Counted from the first letter of the stretch, positions 18,051 to 27,901 are shown. The stretch: 32,000 nucleotides of DNA from Motilimonas cestriensis (GCF_021295315.1 NZ_JAIMJA010000025.1:1-32000), one strand, 5' to 3'. Program-made: numbers and translations. Notes: a model not told the origin generated them from the letters alone.

Positions 18051-18461
18051 TTAGTCGTTACCTAAACCTTTGCCCGCATCTTTAGCGTTGATTAGCTCGA
18101 TAGCGTAGCCGTCAGGGTCTTTAACAAAGGCGATGACGGTGGTACCGCCTTTTACCGGACCTGGTTCACGAGTGATGTTACCGCCGGCGGCGCGAATGGC
18201 ATCGCAAGTGGCGTAAATATCTTGAGTTTCAATGGCGATATGGCCGTAAGCGTTGCCTAAGTCGTAGCTCTCTGTGCCCCAGTTATAAGTCAGCTCAATC
18301 ACCGTTTGTTCGGTTTCTGCGCCGTAACCTAAAAAGGCTAAGGTGTATTTGTATTCCGCATTTTCAGACTGACGCAATAGCTTCATGCCCAGCACTTGAG
18401 TGTAAAACTCAATGGATTTTTCTAAGTTACCGACACGAAGCATGGTGTGTAATAAACGCAT
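18051..18461 (-). CDS. gloA: Lactoylglutathione lyase (glyoxalase I)
   Basis: [47 protein letters not shown]... is near-identical in pattern to enterobacterial GloA. Confidence 0.95.
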   Translation of the reverse strand: MRLLHTMLRVGNLEKSIEFYTQVLGMKLLRQSENAEYKYTLAFLGYGAETEQTVIELTYNWGTESYDLGNAYGHIAIETQDIYATCDAIRAAGGNITREPGPVKGGTTVIAFVKDPDGYAIELINAKDAGKGLGND

Positions 18462-18553
18462 TGCTGACTCCTAAAATAAAAGTGATATATTTTTTATATT
18501 GCTCAATTCTACTGACTAAAGATGATGAAATACAAGACTTAGCCGGTAATGGA

Positions 18554-19192
18554 TCAAGTTTCGCTGGTTTTATCTTTAAACTCACACAAGTCTTCAATTA
18601 AGCACGCATTGCACTTGGGCTTGCGGGCAACACAGGTGTAGCGACCGTGTAAAATGAGCCAGTGATGTACGTCTACTTTGAATTCAGCGGGCACCACTTT
18701 AAGTAGTTTTTCTTCTACTTGGTCAACATTTTTACCCATGGCAAACTTAGTGCGGTTTGATACGCGAAAAATATGTGTGTCTACGGCAATTGTCGGCCAG
18801 CCAAATGCGGTGTTAAGCACGACGTTTGCCGTTTTTCGGCCCACGCCGGGCAGGGCAACAAGGGCATCAAGATCTTCTGGCACTTCACCGCCATGTAAAT
18901 CGAGCAACATGCGACAGGCTTTTATCACGTTCTCGGCTTTGCTGTTATATAAGCCAATGGTTTTAATGTAGCTTTTAAGGCCGTCAACACCAAGATCAAA
19001 AATTGCTTGCGGCGTGTTCGCGACAGGAAATAACTTGTCGGTGGCTTTATTAACGCTGACATCGGTCGCTTGAGCGGACAAGGTGACCGCTACTAATAAT
19101 TCAAATGGACTGGAAAAATTCAGCTCGGTTTCGGGCTGCGGGTTGTTATCACGCAGTCGCGTTAATATTTCCAGTCGTTTGTCTTTATTCAT
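18554..19192 (-). CDS. nth: Endonuclease III
   Basis: The sequence is collinear with E. coli Nth (MNKxKRLEILTRLRxNNPxPxTELNFSSPFELL...LPGVGRKTANVVLNTAFGWPTIAVDTHIFRV). It has the C-terminal 4Fe-4S Cys cluster C-X6-C-X2-C-X5-C. Confidence 0.97.
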   Translation of the reverse strand: MNKDKRLEILTRLRDNNPQPETELNFSSPFELLVAVTLSAQATDVSVNKATDKLFPVANTPQAIFDLGVDGLKSYIKTIGLYNSKAENVIKACRMLLDLHGGEVPEDLDALVALPGVGRKTANVVLNTAFGWPTIAVDTHIFRVSNRTKFAMGKNVDQVEEKLLKVVPAEFKVDVHHWLILHGRYTCVARKPKCNACLIEDLCEFKDKTSET

Positions 19193-19222
19193 TGTTTGCT
19201 CACCAGCATAGAAAAAACCGAA

Positions 19223-19930
19223 TTAGGCTTTTTTATCCATTATATTTTTTACGGCAATTAAAAAGCCCATTACCACAAATGCGCCAGGGGGTAATACGGC
19301 AAACAAAAAGGTGGATTCAGTGGTAAACACGTGCACTGTTATATCGCCAAACAAGTTGCCGAATAAAGCCTGCGCCCCATAAAATAACGTGCCGCTACCA
19401 AGTACTTCGCGCACTGCGCCTAAGGTGAGCAGCACAAAGCTAAAGCCTAAGCCCATCATTAAGCCGTCAAGGGCGGCGAGAGTTGGCGTGTTTTTTGAAG
19501 CGTAGGCTTCAGCTCGGCCAATAATGGCACAGTTAGTCACGATCAACGGGATGAAAATACCTAGCGATAAATAAAGGTCGTAGGTATAGGCGTGCATAAG
19601 CAACTCAATACAAGTCACTAAAGACGCAATGATCATAACGAAAATAGGAATGCGGATCTCTTTAGGCACATGATTGCGCACCAACGAAACAATCCAGTTA
19701 GACAACACCAATACTGCCGTGGTCGCAATCGCTAAGCCTAAGGCATTGATTACTGTTGAAGAAACCGCGAGCAGGGGGCATAAACCTAATAATTGCACCA
19801 AGCCCGGGTTGTTTTTCCACAGACCTTGTAAAATAATTTCTTTGCTCTCACTTGAAATGAGTCCGGTCTGGGCTAGCTTAGTATTATCGCTCGGCTGCGC
19901 ATCATTGCTTACATCATCTAATTGGCTCAT
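19223..19930 (-). CDS. rnfE: Rnf/Rsx electron transport complex subunit E
   Basis: The sequence [31 protein letters not shown]... and the gene's position as last rnf gene before nth support the call. Confidence 0.95.
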   Translation of the reverse strand: MSQLDDVSNDAQPSDNTKLAQTGLISSESKEIILQGLWKNNPGLVQLLGLCPLLAVSSTVINALGLAIATTAVLVLSNWIVSLVRNHVPKEIRIPIFVMIIASLVTCIELLMHAYTYDLYLSLGIFIPLIVTNCAIIGRAEAYASKNTPTLAALDGLMMGLGFSFVLLTLGAVREVLGSGTLFYGAQALFGNLFGDITVHVFTTESTFLFAVLPPGAFVVMGFLIAVKNIMDKKA

Positions 19931-20559
19931 GACTTCACTCCACAGTTAGCTGATTGTTGATACAGGTTGTCTTTATTGAGTTGATAAAAAAGCACGGCAT
20001 TTCTAACTGCTTGCACTACCGCTCTGGGCGTAATCGTGGCGCCGGTGAAGGCATCAAATTGGCCTCCGTCTTTTTTTACGGCCCAGCGTTTATCCGCTTC
20101 AGATTCAACGGTTAAGCCACTGAAATGGGTGATCCAATTTGATTTACTTAGATCAATTTTATCGCCTAGCCCCGGTGTTTCTTTATGCTCCAGAGCGCGG
20201 ACACCTGCCACCGTGCCGTCGTACCAAATGCCCACTAATAAGCGGATATTACCGTTGTAGCCATTCGGCGCGATGGCTTCGATTGCGAGGCCAACGGGTT
20301 GTTGATCTTTAAGGGCAAGCCAAGTTTGCTGTGGCTCTGTGGTGCCTAAATGTGGGTCTTGGCTATAAAAACAACTGGCGAATAAATCGTTATTATATTG
20401 GTCCGCAGGGATCAGCTCACTGATGTTACTGATTAATTGACGCTCTATTTGTTGGTCAATCATCGGCTTAGTTAGTGCTGAAGTAACGGCAACTAAGGCT
20501 GTTGAGACCACAGCGAAAACCCCTAAGGTTAAGCCATTTTTAGAAATAGACTTCATCAT
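19927..20559 (-). CDS. rnfG: Rnf/Rsx complex subunit G (FMN-binding)
   Basis: An N-terminal TM anchor is present. The FMN-attachment region is [14 protein letters not shown]. The gene overlaps its rnf neighbours by 4 nt. Confidence 0.93.
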   Translation of the reverse strand: MMKSISKNGLTLGVFAVVSTALVAVTSALTKPMIDQQIERQLISNISELIPADQYNNDLFASCFYSQDPHLGTTEPQQTWLALKDQQPVGLAIEAIAPNGYNGNIRLLVGIWYDGTVAGVRALEHKETPGLGDKIDLSKSNWITHFSGLTVESEADKRWAVKKDGGQFDAFTGATITPRAVVQAVRNAVLFYQLNKDNLYQQSANCGVKS

Positions 20560-21611
20560 GCTTTTTTACTCCCATATACAACGGGTTGGGTGTAATAATC
20601 AATTAAGGGGACGCACATATTGGCCAAGATAACCGCGAAGGCAACGGCGTCAGGGTAGCCGCCCCAAGTGCGTATCACATAAGTTAATAACGCGATGAGT
20701 AGGCCAAAAATAATACGGCCTCGCACCGTTGTCGATGCGGTGACAGGATCGGTCAAAATAAAGAAGGCGGCGAACATGGTTGCCCCGGAAAACAGATGTA
20801 ACAAGGGTGAAGCGCTGGCATCGGGATCGCCTAAGTAGCCAATTAATGCAAATAAGAATAAGCCACCGATAAAGCTCACAGGGATCTGCCAGCCAATGGC
20901 TTTTTGCTTGAGTAGCACTAACCCACCAACCAGAAAAGCAAAGCTTACCCACTCGGTACCGTATCCTGCAAACGTACCGAAAATCGGTTTTGTCATGCTT
21001 TCTGATGCGGTTAAGCCATGGCCTAAATCTGTTTTTAAGGTATCTAACGGCGTGGCCATGGTGGTGCCATCTACGGCAATTTTTATTTGATGCAAACTGT
21101 AGCCATCAATAGAAAAACCAGTGGTGATCATTGACCAAGCATCAGCCAAGGTAACACTATGCTGCATTAACGCCTCTGGTGGTGCCCAGCTGGTCATGTG
21201 TACTGGAAATGAGATGAGCAGTAAAACATAGGCGACCATCGCGGGGTTAAATAAGTTTTGCCCTAGGCCTCCGTACAAATGTTTCGCTACTAAAATGGCA
21301 AATACGATACCAATGGCGGTGATCCACCATGGAGTATAAGGCGGTAAACTGATGCCAAGTAATACCCCTGTTAGTAAGGCACTGTTGTCGCGAATGGTTG
21401 GCAGTACTGGACGTTTGCGTATGGCAACTATCACCGCTTCAGTTATCACGGCGAATAAGCCCGCAATGATAATTTGGATCAGGTTACCCCAACCAAATAC
21501 ATACCATTGTACAAAAATGCCCGGCAGCAAACATAAGATCACTAAACGCATTAGATCTGGCGTTTTAAACATTTTGCGGCCAAAGGGCGATGAAGCTAAT
21601 GCAAATTTCAT
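20556..21611 (-). CDS. rnfD: Rnf/Rsx complex subunit D
   Basis: This is a polytopic membrane protein with NPAMVAYVLLLISFP and the FMN-binding motif LTDPVTAS. It sits in the expected operon position. Confidence 0.95.
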   Translation of the reverse strand: MKFALASSPFGRKMFKTPDLMRLVILCLLPGIFVQWYVFGWGNLIQIIIAGLFAVITEAVIVAIRKRPVLPTIRDNSALLTGVLLGISLPPYTPWWITAIGIVFAILVAKHLYGGLGQNLFNPAMVAYVLLLISFPVHMTSWAPPEALMQHSVTLADAWSMITTGFSIDGYSLHQIKIAVDGTTMATPLDTLKTDLGHGLTASESMTKPIFGTFAGYGTEWVSFAFLVGGLVLLKQKAIGWQIPVSFIGGLFLFALIGYLGDPDASASPLLHLFSGATMFAAFFILTDPVTASTTVRGRIIFGLLIALLTYVIRTWGGYPDAVAFAVILANMCVPLIDYYTQPVVYGSKKA

Positions 21612-23974
21612 GATTCAGTACTGTCCTTTTGTTGTGCCTTTTTCGCCTTGGCGCGCGCGATGGCGGCGGCAACGGCCGGATTTTTACTTGGTGCAGGCTT
21701 TTCTTGTGGCGCAGGCGCTTCAGTATCCTTTTGCTCGGTAGCCGCGGACTGGGGCTGCGGCTCTTCTTTTTCAGCTTGCTGTGCGGCCTTTTTCGCTTTA
21801 GCGCGCGCGATGGCAGCGGCAACAGCTGGATTTTTACTTGGCGCAGGCTTTTCTTGCGGCGCTGGCGCTTCAGTATCGTCTTGCTCGGAAGCAGCGGACT
21901 GAGGCTGCGACTCTTCTTTTTCAGCTTGCTGCGCCTCTTTTTTCGCTTTAGCGCGAGCGATGGCAGCGGCAACAGCTGGATTTTTACTTGGCGCAGGCTT
22001 TTCTTGCGGCGCTGGCGCTTCAGTATCGTCTTGCTCGGTAGCAGCAGACTGAGGTTGCGGCTCTTCTTTTTTAGCTTGCTGCGCTTCCTTTTTCGCCTTA
22101 GCGCGAGCAATGGCTGCAGCAACAGCTGGATTTTTACTTGGCGCAGGCATCTCTTCTGATGTTTGTGCCTCATTTTCATCTTGCTGCGCTTCTTTTTTCG
22201 CCTTAGCGCGAGCGATGGCGGCGGCTACAGCTGGATTCGTGGCTTTTGGTTTTGCCTCCGTTTGCTGCTCTTGAGCTGTTGTTGCGCTATTGTCAGTTTG
22301 CTCTTGTGCGGCTTTTGCCGCTTTGGCTAAACGCGCTTGCTCTTTACGGGCGGCGCGCGCTGCTGCGACATCAATATTGGCGTTAGTGTTGGGCGCTTGA
22401 CGTTTGGCTTTGGCGCGGGCAAGGGCCTGCGCTACTGCATCTTGTGCTTTGTCTTTAGTTGGCTCAGCAGTAGTTGACTCAGGTTGGTCAGGCTTAGCCG
22501 CATTCAATTGCGCTTTACGTTTCGCAGCTGCTTCTTTGTGCTTCGCTTCGCGCGCTGCTTTTTCACGCTCAAGGCGCTCTTGGCGTGCTTCATGACGGAT
22601 CCGCGCGATTTCTGCTTTTTTCTTTTCTGTTTCTTGCTTGCGAATATCGGCTTTGGCAATACGATAGTATTGCACCAATGGAATTTCACTTGGGCACACA
22701 TAGGCACAACTGCCACATTCAATACAATCAAATAGACTGTAGTCATTAAGTTTATCGTGATCGTTATCCTTGGCGTACCAATATAGCTGTTGCGGTAACA
22801 GTGAAGCAGGGCAAGCATCGGCGCATTCACCACAACGAATACAGGCCATTTCTTGGCCCGGAGGCGGTAATTCTTTTACCGTTGGTGCCAATAAACAGTT
22901 GGTGGTTTTTATCACCGGGGCCATGGCATCTGGCAGCGTAAAGCCCATCATTGGACCGCCAATGATCAAACGTGTTTGGTCATTAGGTTGTGGCTCAAGC
23001 TCAAATTGCGCGAGTAAAGACTGGATCGGTGTGCCCAGTAGCACATGAGCATTACCTTTTTCTTTAAAGGCCTCGCCAGTAATAGTAACAATGCGTGAAA
23101 TTAATGGCTCATCGTCAATCACGGCACGCTTGATCGCAAAGGCGGTGCCGACGTTGTGCATTAAAATGCCCATGTCGATCGGGTAGCCCTTGTTGGGTAC
23201 TTGTTTACCGGTGAGCAGTTCGATCAGCTGTTTTTCACCGCCGCTGGGGTATTTAGTCGGTACACTGGTGACGCGACGAGTGTCGGTTTCAAACGCTGAT
23301 AATGCGGCAATCGCTTCTGGTTTGTTGCTCTCAATCGCAATCACGGTTTGCTTGCACTGAGTGACAAACTCTAAAATTTCGATGCCTTTGATCAGCTCAT
23401 CGGCATATTCGCGCATCAGCATATCATCAGAGGTAATGTAGGGTTCACACTCGATACCGTTGATGATCAGTAACTCAATGTCGGCTTTAACAGAAAGCTT
23501 AATGTGCGCCGGGAAACCGGCACCGCCTTTACCTGCAATGCCCGCAAGGTGAATTTTGTCGATGATGGTATGGCGGTCTAATGCAGTAAAGTCAGTAGTA
23601 GGGTTGCGCTCACGCCAAGCGTCTTTGCCATCAGTTTCAATAACGATACTCAATTCAGGTAGACCAGAGGCATGACAACTGGGGCGCGCTTCAATGGCTT
23701 TTATTGTACCTGAGCTGCTTGCGTGCACTGGCAATGCTCTAAAATTGTTATGGCTCGTTAAGGCTTGGCCTTTAAGTACTTCATCGCCAACATTAACCAA
23801 TACGTCAGCGACCTCACCAATATGCTGATTAAGAGGGATCACTAACTCCTTTGGTATTGGGGCGAAGGTGATGGCCTGCTGATTGGAGAGAGATTTGCGC
23901 TCTGCAGGGAAAATACCGCCAGCATATTGCCAGAGTTTGCCTCTTTTAATTTGGGCCAATATAGACTGAATCAA
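21608..23974 (-). CDS. rnfC: Rnf/Rsx complex subunit C with a long repetitive C-terminal extension
   Basis: The N-terminal 450 or so residues hold the NADH/FMN-binding region and two ferredoxin-type clusters (CIRCGECADACP, CIECGSCAYVCP). The C-terminal 340 or so residues are Ala/Lys/Gln/Glu/Pro-rich repeats. Confidence 0.95.
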   Translation of the reverse strand: MIQSILAQIKRGKLWQYAGGIFPAERKSLSNQQAITFAPIPKELVIPLNQHIGEVADVLVNVGDEVLKGQALTSHNNFRALPVHASSSGTIKAIEARPSCHASGLPELSIVIETDGKDAWRERNPTTDFTALDRHTIIDKIHLAGIAGKGGAGFPAHIKLSVKADIELLIINGIECEPYITSDDMLMREYADELIKGIEILEFVTQCKQTVIAIESNKPEAIAALSAFETDTRRVTSVPTKYPSGGEKQLIELLTGKQVPNKGYPIDMGILMHNVGTAFAIKRAVIDDEPLISRIVTITGEAFKEKGNAHVLLGTPIQSLLAQFELEPQPNDQTRLIIGGPMMGFTLPDAMAPVIKTTNCLLAPTVKELPPPGQEMACIRCGECADACPASLLPQQLYWYAKDNDHDKLNDYSLFDCIECGSCAYVCPSEIPLVQYYRIAKADIRKQETEKKKAEIARIRHEARQERLEREKAAREAKHKEAAAKRKAQLNAAKPDQPESTTAEPTKDKAQDAVAQALARAKAKRQAPNTNANIDVAAARAARKEQARLAKAAKAAQEQTDNSATTAQEQQTEAKPKATNPAVAAAIARAKAKKEAQQDENEAQTSEEMPAPSKNPAVAAAIARAKAKKEAQQAKKEEPQPQSAATEQDDTEAPAPQEKPAPSKNPAVAAAIARAKAKKEAQQAEKEESQPQSAASEQDDTEAPAPQEKPAPSKNPAVAAAIARAKAKKAAQQAEKEEPQPQSAATEQKDTEAPAPQEKPAPSKNPAVAAAIARAKAKKAQQKDSTES
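21611..22237 (-). repeat. In-frame tandem repeats within rnfC (three 150-bp units plus shorter flanking units)
   Basis: The motif NPAVAAAIARAKAKK occurs 5 times. Three consecutive 50-aa units at 21683-22132 read NPAVAAAIARAKAKK(E/A)AQQA(K/E)KEE(P/S)QPQSAA(T/S)EQ(D/K)DTEAPAPQEKPAPSK. The units are roughly 90-95% identical at the DNA level by eye. Confidence 0.95.
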
Positions 23975-23975
23975 A

Positions 23976-24521
23976 CTACTGAACCTCTTTGATTGAAATA
24001 GAGTTAAGATCCCATTGCCACGTTTTAGTTGTTTCGTCCACAGGGATCATTTCAATACAATCGGTTGGACAAGGCGCAACGCAAAGCTCACAACCTGTAC
24101 ATTCATCGGTGATCACCGTGTGCATTTGCCGAGTCGCACCCAAGATGGCATCAACCGGACAAGCCTGAATACACTTAGTGCAACCAATACATTCATCTTC
24201 ATGAACAAATGCGACGGCTTTTGGCTTTTCTTCACCTTCTAATTTGGTAGGCTCAACGCCCATTAAATCAGCCAACTTTAAAATAACAGCCTCGCCACCC
24301 GGCGGACACTTATTGATTTCGTCGCCGTTCGCTATCGCATTGGCATAAGGCTTACAACCGGGATAACCACATTGCCCACATTGGGTTTGCGGTAAAATGG
24401 CATCAATCTGCTCCACAATGGGATCTGACTTAACTTTAAAACGTATGGCGGCGTAGCCTAAGATCAAACCAGCCACTAACGCTAATAGCCCTAGGCTGAT
24501 GATTGCAACTCCAATACCCAT
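23976..24521 (-). CDS. rnfB: Rnf/Rsx complex subunit B (Fe-S)
   Basis: An N-terminal anchor is followed by [13 protein letters not shown], then two 4Fe-4S ferredoxin motifs ([24 protein letters not shown]). Confidence 0.95.
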   Translation of the reverse strand: MGIGVAIISLGLLALVAGLILGYAAIRFKVKSDPIVEQIDAILPQTQCGQCGYPGCKPYANAIANGDEINKCPPGGEAVILKLADLMGVEPTKLEGEEKPKAVAFVHEDECIGCTKCIQACPVDAILGATRQMHTVITDECTGCELCVAPCPTDCIEMIPVDETTKTWQWDLNSISIKEVQ

Positions 24522-24538
24522 CTGTTCGTACTGCTCCG

Positions 24539-25129
24539 TTAAAACTTAACTAGGCCGGTAAAGCCCATAAAGCCCAATGACATTAGGCCTGCGGTGATCA
24601 TTGCAATGGATGCGCCTTTGAATGGCAGTGGCACATCAGCGGCGGCCAAGCGCTCACGCATGGCAGAAAATAAAATCAGTACCAGTGAAAAACCCAACGC
24701 AGCGCCAAAACCATAAATAAGTGATTCAATAAAGTTATGGCCTTCGTTAACGTTTAATAATGCCAAACCTAATACTGCGCAGTTTGTGGTGATCAATGGT
24801 AAGAAGATACCCAATAGTCGGTACAGACTCGGACTGGTTTTATGTACCACCATTTCGGTAAATTGTACGACTACCGCAATCACTAGAATAAAGCTCAGCG
24901 TGCGCAGGTAAATCATGTCTAAAGGCAGCAACAGGTATTGATTAACTAAGTAAGAGACGGCCGCAGTTAAGGTCAGTACAAAAGTGGTGGCGAAGGACAT
25001 GCCAACGGCTGTGCTGATCTTACTTGATACACCCATGAATGGGCATAAGCCGAGAAATTTTACCAGTACAAAGTTATTAACTAATACCGTACCGATTAAT
25101 AGCAGAAGATATTCGCTCATTTTGGTCAT
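24539..25129 (-). CDS. rnfA: Rnf/Rsx complex subunit A
   Basis: [31 protein letters not shown]... is collinear with E. coli RsxA. The start may instead be the second ATG at 25120. Confidence 0.95.
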   Translation of the reverse strand: MTKMSEYLLLLIGTVLVNNFVLVKFLGLCPFMGVSSKISTAVGMSFATTFVLTLTAAVSYLVNQYLLLPLDMIYLRTLSFILVIAVVVQFTEMVVHKTSPSLYRLLGIFLPLITTNCAVLGLALLNVNEGHNFIESLIYGFGAALGFSLVLILFSAMRERLAAADVPLPFKGASIAMITAGLMSLGFMGFTGLVKF

Positions 25130-25234
25130 TCACTTGATTGCCGAGGGGCTATATTAACAAGTTTTACGTGATGAAATAAGCTTAATCATGGCTATTTTAG
25201 TGTAACTGGTGAAGGGTTAATCGCTTTTGGCAAA

Positions 25235-25257
25235 AGGCCTTACAGAGAGTAAGGCCT
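25235..25257 (-). terminator. Hairpin downstream of the GGDEF-EAL gene and upstream of the rnf promoter region
   Basis: AGGCCTTA-N7-TAAGGCCT forms a perfect 8-bp stem. On the minus strand only a short TTT run follows it. Confidence 0.5.
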
Positions 25258-25289
25258 AAAATAGCGAGGTTTTTTAACCTTAAATGAAG

Positions 25290-27149
25290 TTATTTAACTT
25301 TCGACAAAGGAGTGGGGCGAGAAATTAAAAAGCCTTGTAATCCGTCGACGTACATATTCTCAAGTAATTGTTTCTGCTCCAGGTGTTCAACCCCTTCGGC
25401 AATCACTTGACAACCCATACGGTGAGCAACATCAACAATCATGCGTAAAAACTGTTGGTTAGCACTGTCGCGCTCAATATTACTGATTAGTCCAGCATCC
25501 ACTTTTACAAAATCCGGTTTTAGTTCCTTAAACAAGCGAAATGAACCAATACCCTTACCAAATTTACTGATGGCGCTGCGACTGCCCGTACGCTTTAACA
25601 TATCAAACACACGTTTACTGGCAACTAAGTTGCGATCTAACACTTCTTCATCAAATTCAAAAATCATTGATGCTGCTATGTTAGGTTCGCGGAGTAATAA
25701 GCGCTCAAGCCATACAATAAAAGCACTGTTTTGTAATGAAGTGGCGGAAATGTTTACGCCCCAACGCGCTGAGCCATCGGTTTTGTGACGGCATTGGCTA
25801 ACCATGGTTTCAAGAATGACTTGTTCTAGTTTAACAATCAGATCCATACGCTGCGCCATGGCAAACACGGTTTCGGTAGGGATCATCGCGTTATTTTGAC
25901 CAACAAAGCGGGTGAATATTTCCTGGTAACCTTTCATATTACGGTGAATGGCTTGAATAGGTTGATGCAATAACATCACCGCTCGGGTTTCGATGATCTC
26001 TTCAATCACCTTCTTCCAGTGCAGTTGACCTAAATTGGTTTCATTGGAATCACTTTGCTCAAATGCCCAAGCATTGACGCCTTCGGTTTGTGATTTTGCT
26101 AAGGCAATATCGGCACGAGCCAATACTTGCTCTGGCAATTGGCCTGAAGAAATAGCGGATAAACCAGTATAGGCAACACTTTCAAGGTTATGTAGAGCTT
26201 GGTATTCATCAAACTGATGCTTTAGGGTTTTAGCCAGTTTTTGCGCCGCGCTAATGGTCATGTTCGGTGCGAGCAGGGCAAAGTCTGAGCCTGAAATACG
26301 GTAACATTGGCATTCAGGAAAGCGTTTAATTAGTTGCACTAACATCCTTCCGATATCAGACAAGTAAATATCGCCTTGTTGGTAGCCACGCTGCTGGTTA
26401 ATGTTGTGTAACTCCGATGCGCGAACAAGGGCAAGAATAGCGGCGTTGCTATCACCTTCAGAGCTTAATATTTGCGTTAACTCTTTACGAAAGGCGTGGC
26501 GGTTGTTTAAGCCCGTTAAATTGTCCATGTTGACTTGCTTAGCAAGTAACTGAATTTTTTGTTGCTGCTCTTGCATGACTTGATGAAAGCGTTGTCTTTG
26601 CTCAAGTAGCTGCTCGGTTACCTGCGAGAAGGTGCTAAGTTGCGCATCTTCTGAGCTAACCTCTTGCACTAAGCTTTTCTCTAAGTTTTTGATTAGACGG
26701 AAATAAGCCCAGTTTACTAATACTGCGGTTACTATAAATAAAATTAACAATTGGTAGAAAAGCGTTGCGGCAATACTAGAGATAGTTTGAAAGCTGTTAA
26801 TGTAATTAATACTTAATGTCGCGGTTTGGATATCGACTTTGTCGGTAGCACTTGGAAATAGCAATTTGAAAAGCAGCGAAACGCCTTCCGATGTATTGGC
26901 CATATAAGTGAAATCACCTGATTTGTCGGTGATTTGCAAGTGACTGAGATGATGCTTAGCGGCAAGTTGGTCGGCAGTATTCTGAGAAGCCCCTTTTATC
27001 TCAATGGCTTGAGTTATTTCATTGGTGACATCTTCATTAACAACTGCAATTAGCGGTGTGAAATGAAGCTTAATTGCCAATAATACTGCAATTGCAGCAA
27101 CCAAAATAATGGCATTGGTAATAATAAGACTATGTTTGTACTCTTTCAT
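25290..27149 (-). CDS. Membrane-anchored signalling protein with degenerate GGDEF and degenerate EAL domains (CsrD/LapD-like architecture)
   Basis: Two TM segments flank a periplasmic region of about 100 aa, followed by a coiled coil. The GGDEF domain (DNLTGLNNRHAFRKEL) carries SGSDF at the active-site position. The EAL domain has EIF in place of EAL and SKFGKG in place of DDFGTG, but it retains EGVE and QGF. Confidence 0.88.
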   Translation of the reverse strand: MKEYKHSLIITNAIILVAAIAVLLAIKLHFTPLIAVVNEDVTNEITQAIEIKGASQNTADQLAAKHHLSHLQITDKSGDFTYMANTSEGVSLLFKLLFPSATDKVDIQTATLSINYINSFQTISSIAATLFYQLLILFIVTAVLVNWAYFRLIKNLEKSLVQEVSSEDAQLSTFSQVTEQLLEQRQRFHQVMQEQQQKIQLLAKQVNMDNLTGLNNRHAFRKELTQILSSEGDSNAAILALVRASELHNINQQRGYQQGDIYLSDIGRMLVQLIKRFPECQCYRISGSDFALLAPNMTISAAQKLAKTLKHQFDEYQALHNLESVAYTGLSAISSGQLPEQVLARADIALAKSQTEGVNAWAFEQSDSNETNLGQLHWKKVIEEIIETRAVMLLHQPIQAIHRNMKGYQEIFTRFVGQNNAMIPTETVFAMAQRMDLIVKLEQVILETMVSQCRHKTDGSARWGVNISATSLQNSAFIVWLERLLLREPNIAASMIFEFDEEVLDRNLVASKRVFDMLKRTGSRSAISKFGKGIGSFRLFKELKPDFVKVDAGLISNIERDSANQQFLRMIVDVAHRMGCQVIAEGVEHLEQKQLLENMYVDGLQGFLISRPTPLSKVK

Positions 27150-27320
27150 ATCGCATCCAAGCTAAGTTAGGCTGATTCAATTATAGGCCTTGTTATGGTG
27201 GTGGAGTCTAACATGGTATGTTCAACTACAAAAATAGCATATCTTAATATTGAGACATAAATATAATTGTGTCAGACGTTTATTAAATACTTGAGAGAGG
27301 GTGTGCGAAGAAAAAGAATG

Positions 27321-27396
27321 TGGCTCCTCCTGCTGGGATTGAACCAGCGACCTGCGGATTAACAGTCCGTCGCTCTACCAGCTGAGCTAAGGAGGA
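27321..27396 (-). tRNA. tRNA-Asn (anticodon GUU), copy 1
   Basis: The reverse complement is TCCTCCTTAGCTCAGCTGGTAGAGCGACGGACTGTTAATCCGCAGGTCGCTGGTTCAATCCCAGCAGGAGGAGCCA. It folds as a cloverleaf with anticodon loop CT-GTT-AA and an encoded CCA. Confidence 0.95.
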
Positions 27397-27475
27397 ACAA
27401 TTTTTACTTTGTAATATTTTTCAATATTAAGTGCCATGCACTTTCGATTTAAGCTCAATGCTTAAAACTAGAATT

Positions 27476-27551
27476 TGGCTCCTCCTGCTGGGATTGAACC
27501 AGCGACCTGCGGATTAACAGTCCGTCGCTCTACCAGCTGAGCTAAGGAGGA
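27476..27551 (-). tRNA. tRNA-Asn (GUU), copy 2, identical to copy 1
   Basis: This is an exact 76-nt repeat of copy 1. Confidence 0.95.
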
Positions 27552-27578
27552 ATTATTCTTTTCATTTTAAGTGTTGTG

Positions 27579-27654
27579 TGGCTCCTCCTGCTGGGATTGA
27601 ACCAGCGACCTGCGGATTAACAGTCCGTTGCTCTACCAGCTGAGCTAAGGAGGA
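27579..27654 (-). tRNA. tRNA-Asn (GUU), copy 3, with one substitution (position 26 G to A)
   Basis: It matches copies 1 and 2 except GAGCAACGG instead of GAGCGACGG, at the unpaired junction between the D-stem and anticodon stem. Confidence 0.93.
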
Positions 27655-27690
27655 ATCATTTACACAATGTGTCTCACAACAACGGGGCGC

Positions 27691-27719
27691 ATATTAAAAC
27701 TCGGGCGTAGGGCTGTCAA
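27691..27719 (-). promoter_or_regulatory. Sigma70 promoter of the tRNA-Asn cluster
   Basis: The minus strand reads TTGACA-17 bp-TAATAT followed by the GC-rich discriminator GCGCCCC. An A/T-rich UP-like tract (ACTTTTTATTTGTT) lies upstream of -35. The promoter is about 35 bp upstream of tRNA copy 3. Confidence 0.75.
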
Positions 27720-27901
27720 CACTTGAACAAATAAAAAGTGTCATTTAGCGATTGGCTGCTGAAATACTAGCCGCTGGTGTATAAAACATGCTCGATAACA
27801 TCCTAAAAGTATAAATTAAATTGTTAAAGGTTCAAAAGGCATAGCCGATATGATATTTAATTCACATTTTATAGTGTCAACATGACTAATGCGAGGATGA
27901 G

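Noticed and set aside
21565-22179. Long ORFs in other frames or on the other strand across the rnfC repeats (21565-22179 minus, 21629-22159 plus, 21648-21902 plus).
   Set aside because: They lie entirely inside rnfC. Their length comes from the 150-bp repeat being free of stops in several frames. Their products are low-complexity (R/K/L/S-rich or C/G/A/F-rich) with no start context.
21611-22237. Regularly spaced repeats that might be mistaken for a CRISPR array.
   Set aside because: The units are contiguous 150-bp coding repeats with no unique spacers. They lie in frame within rnfC, and no cas genes are present.
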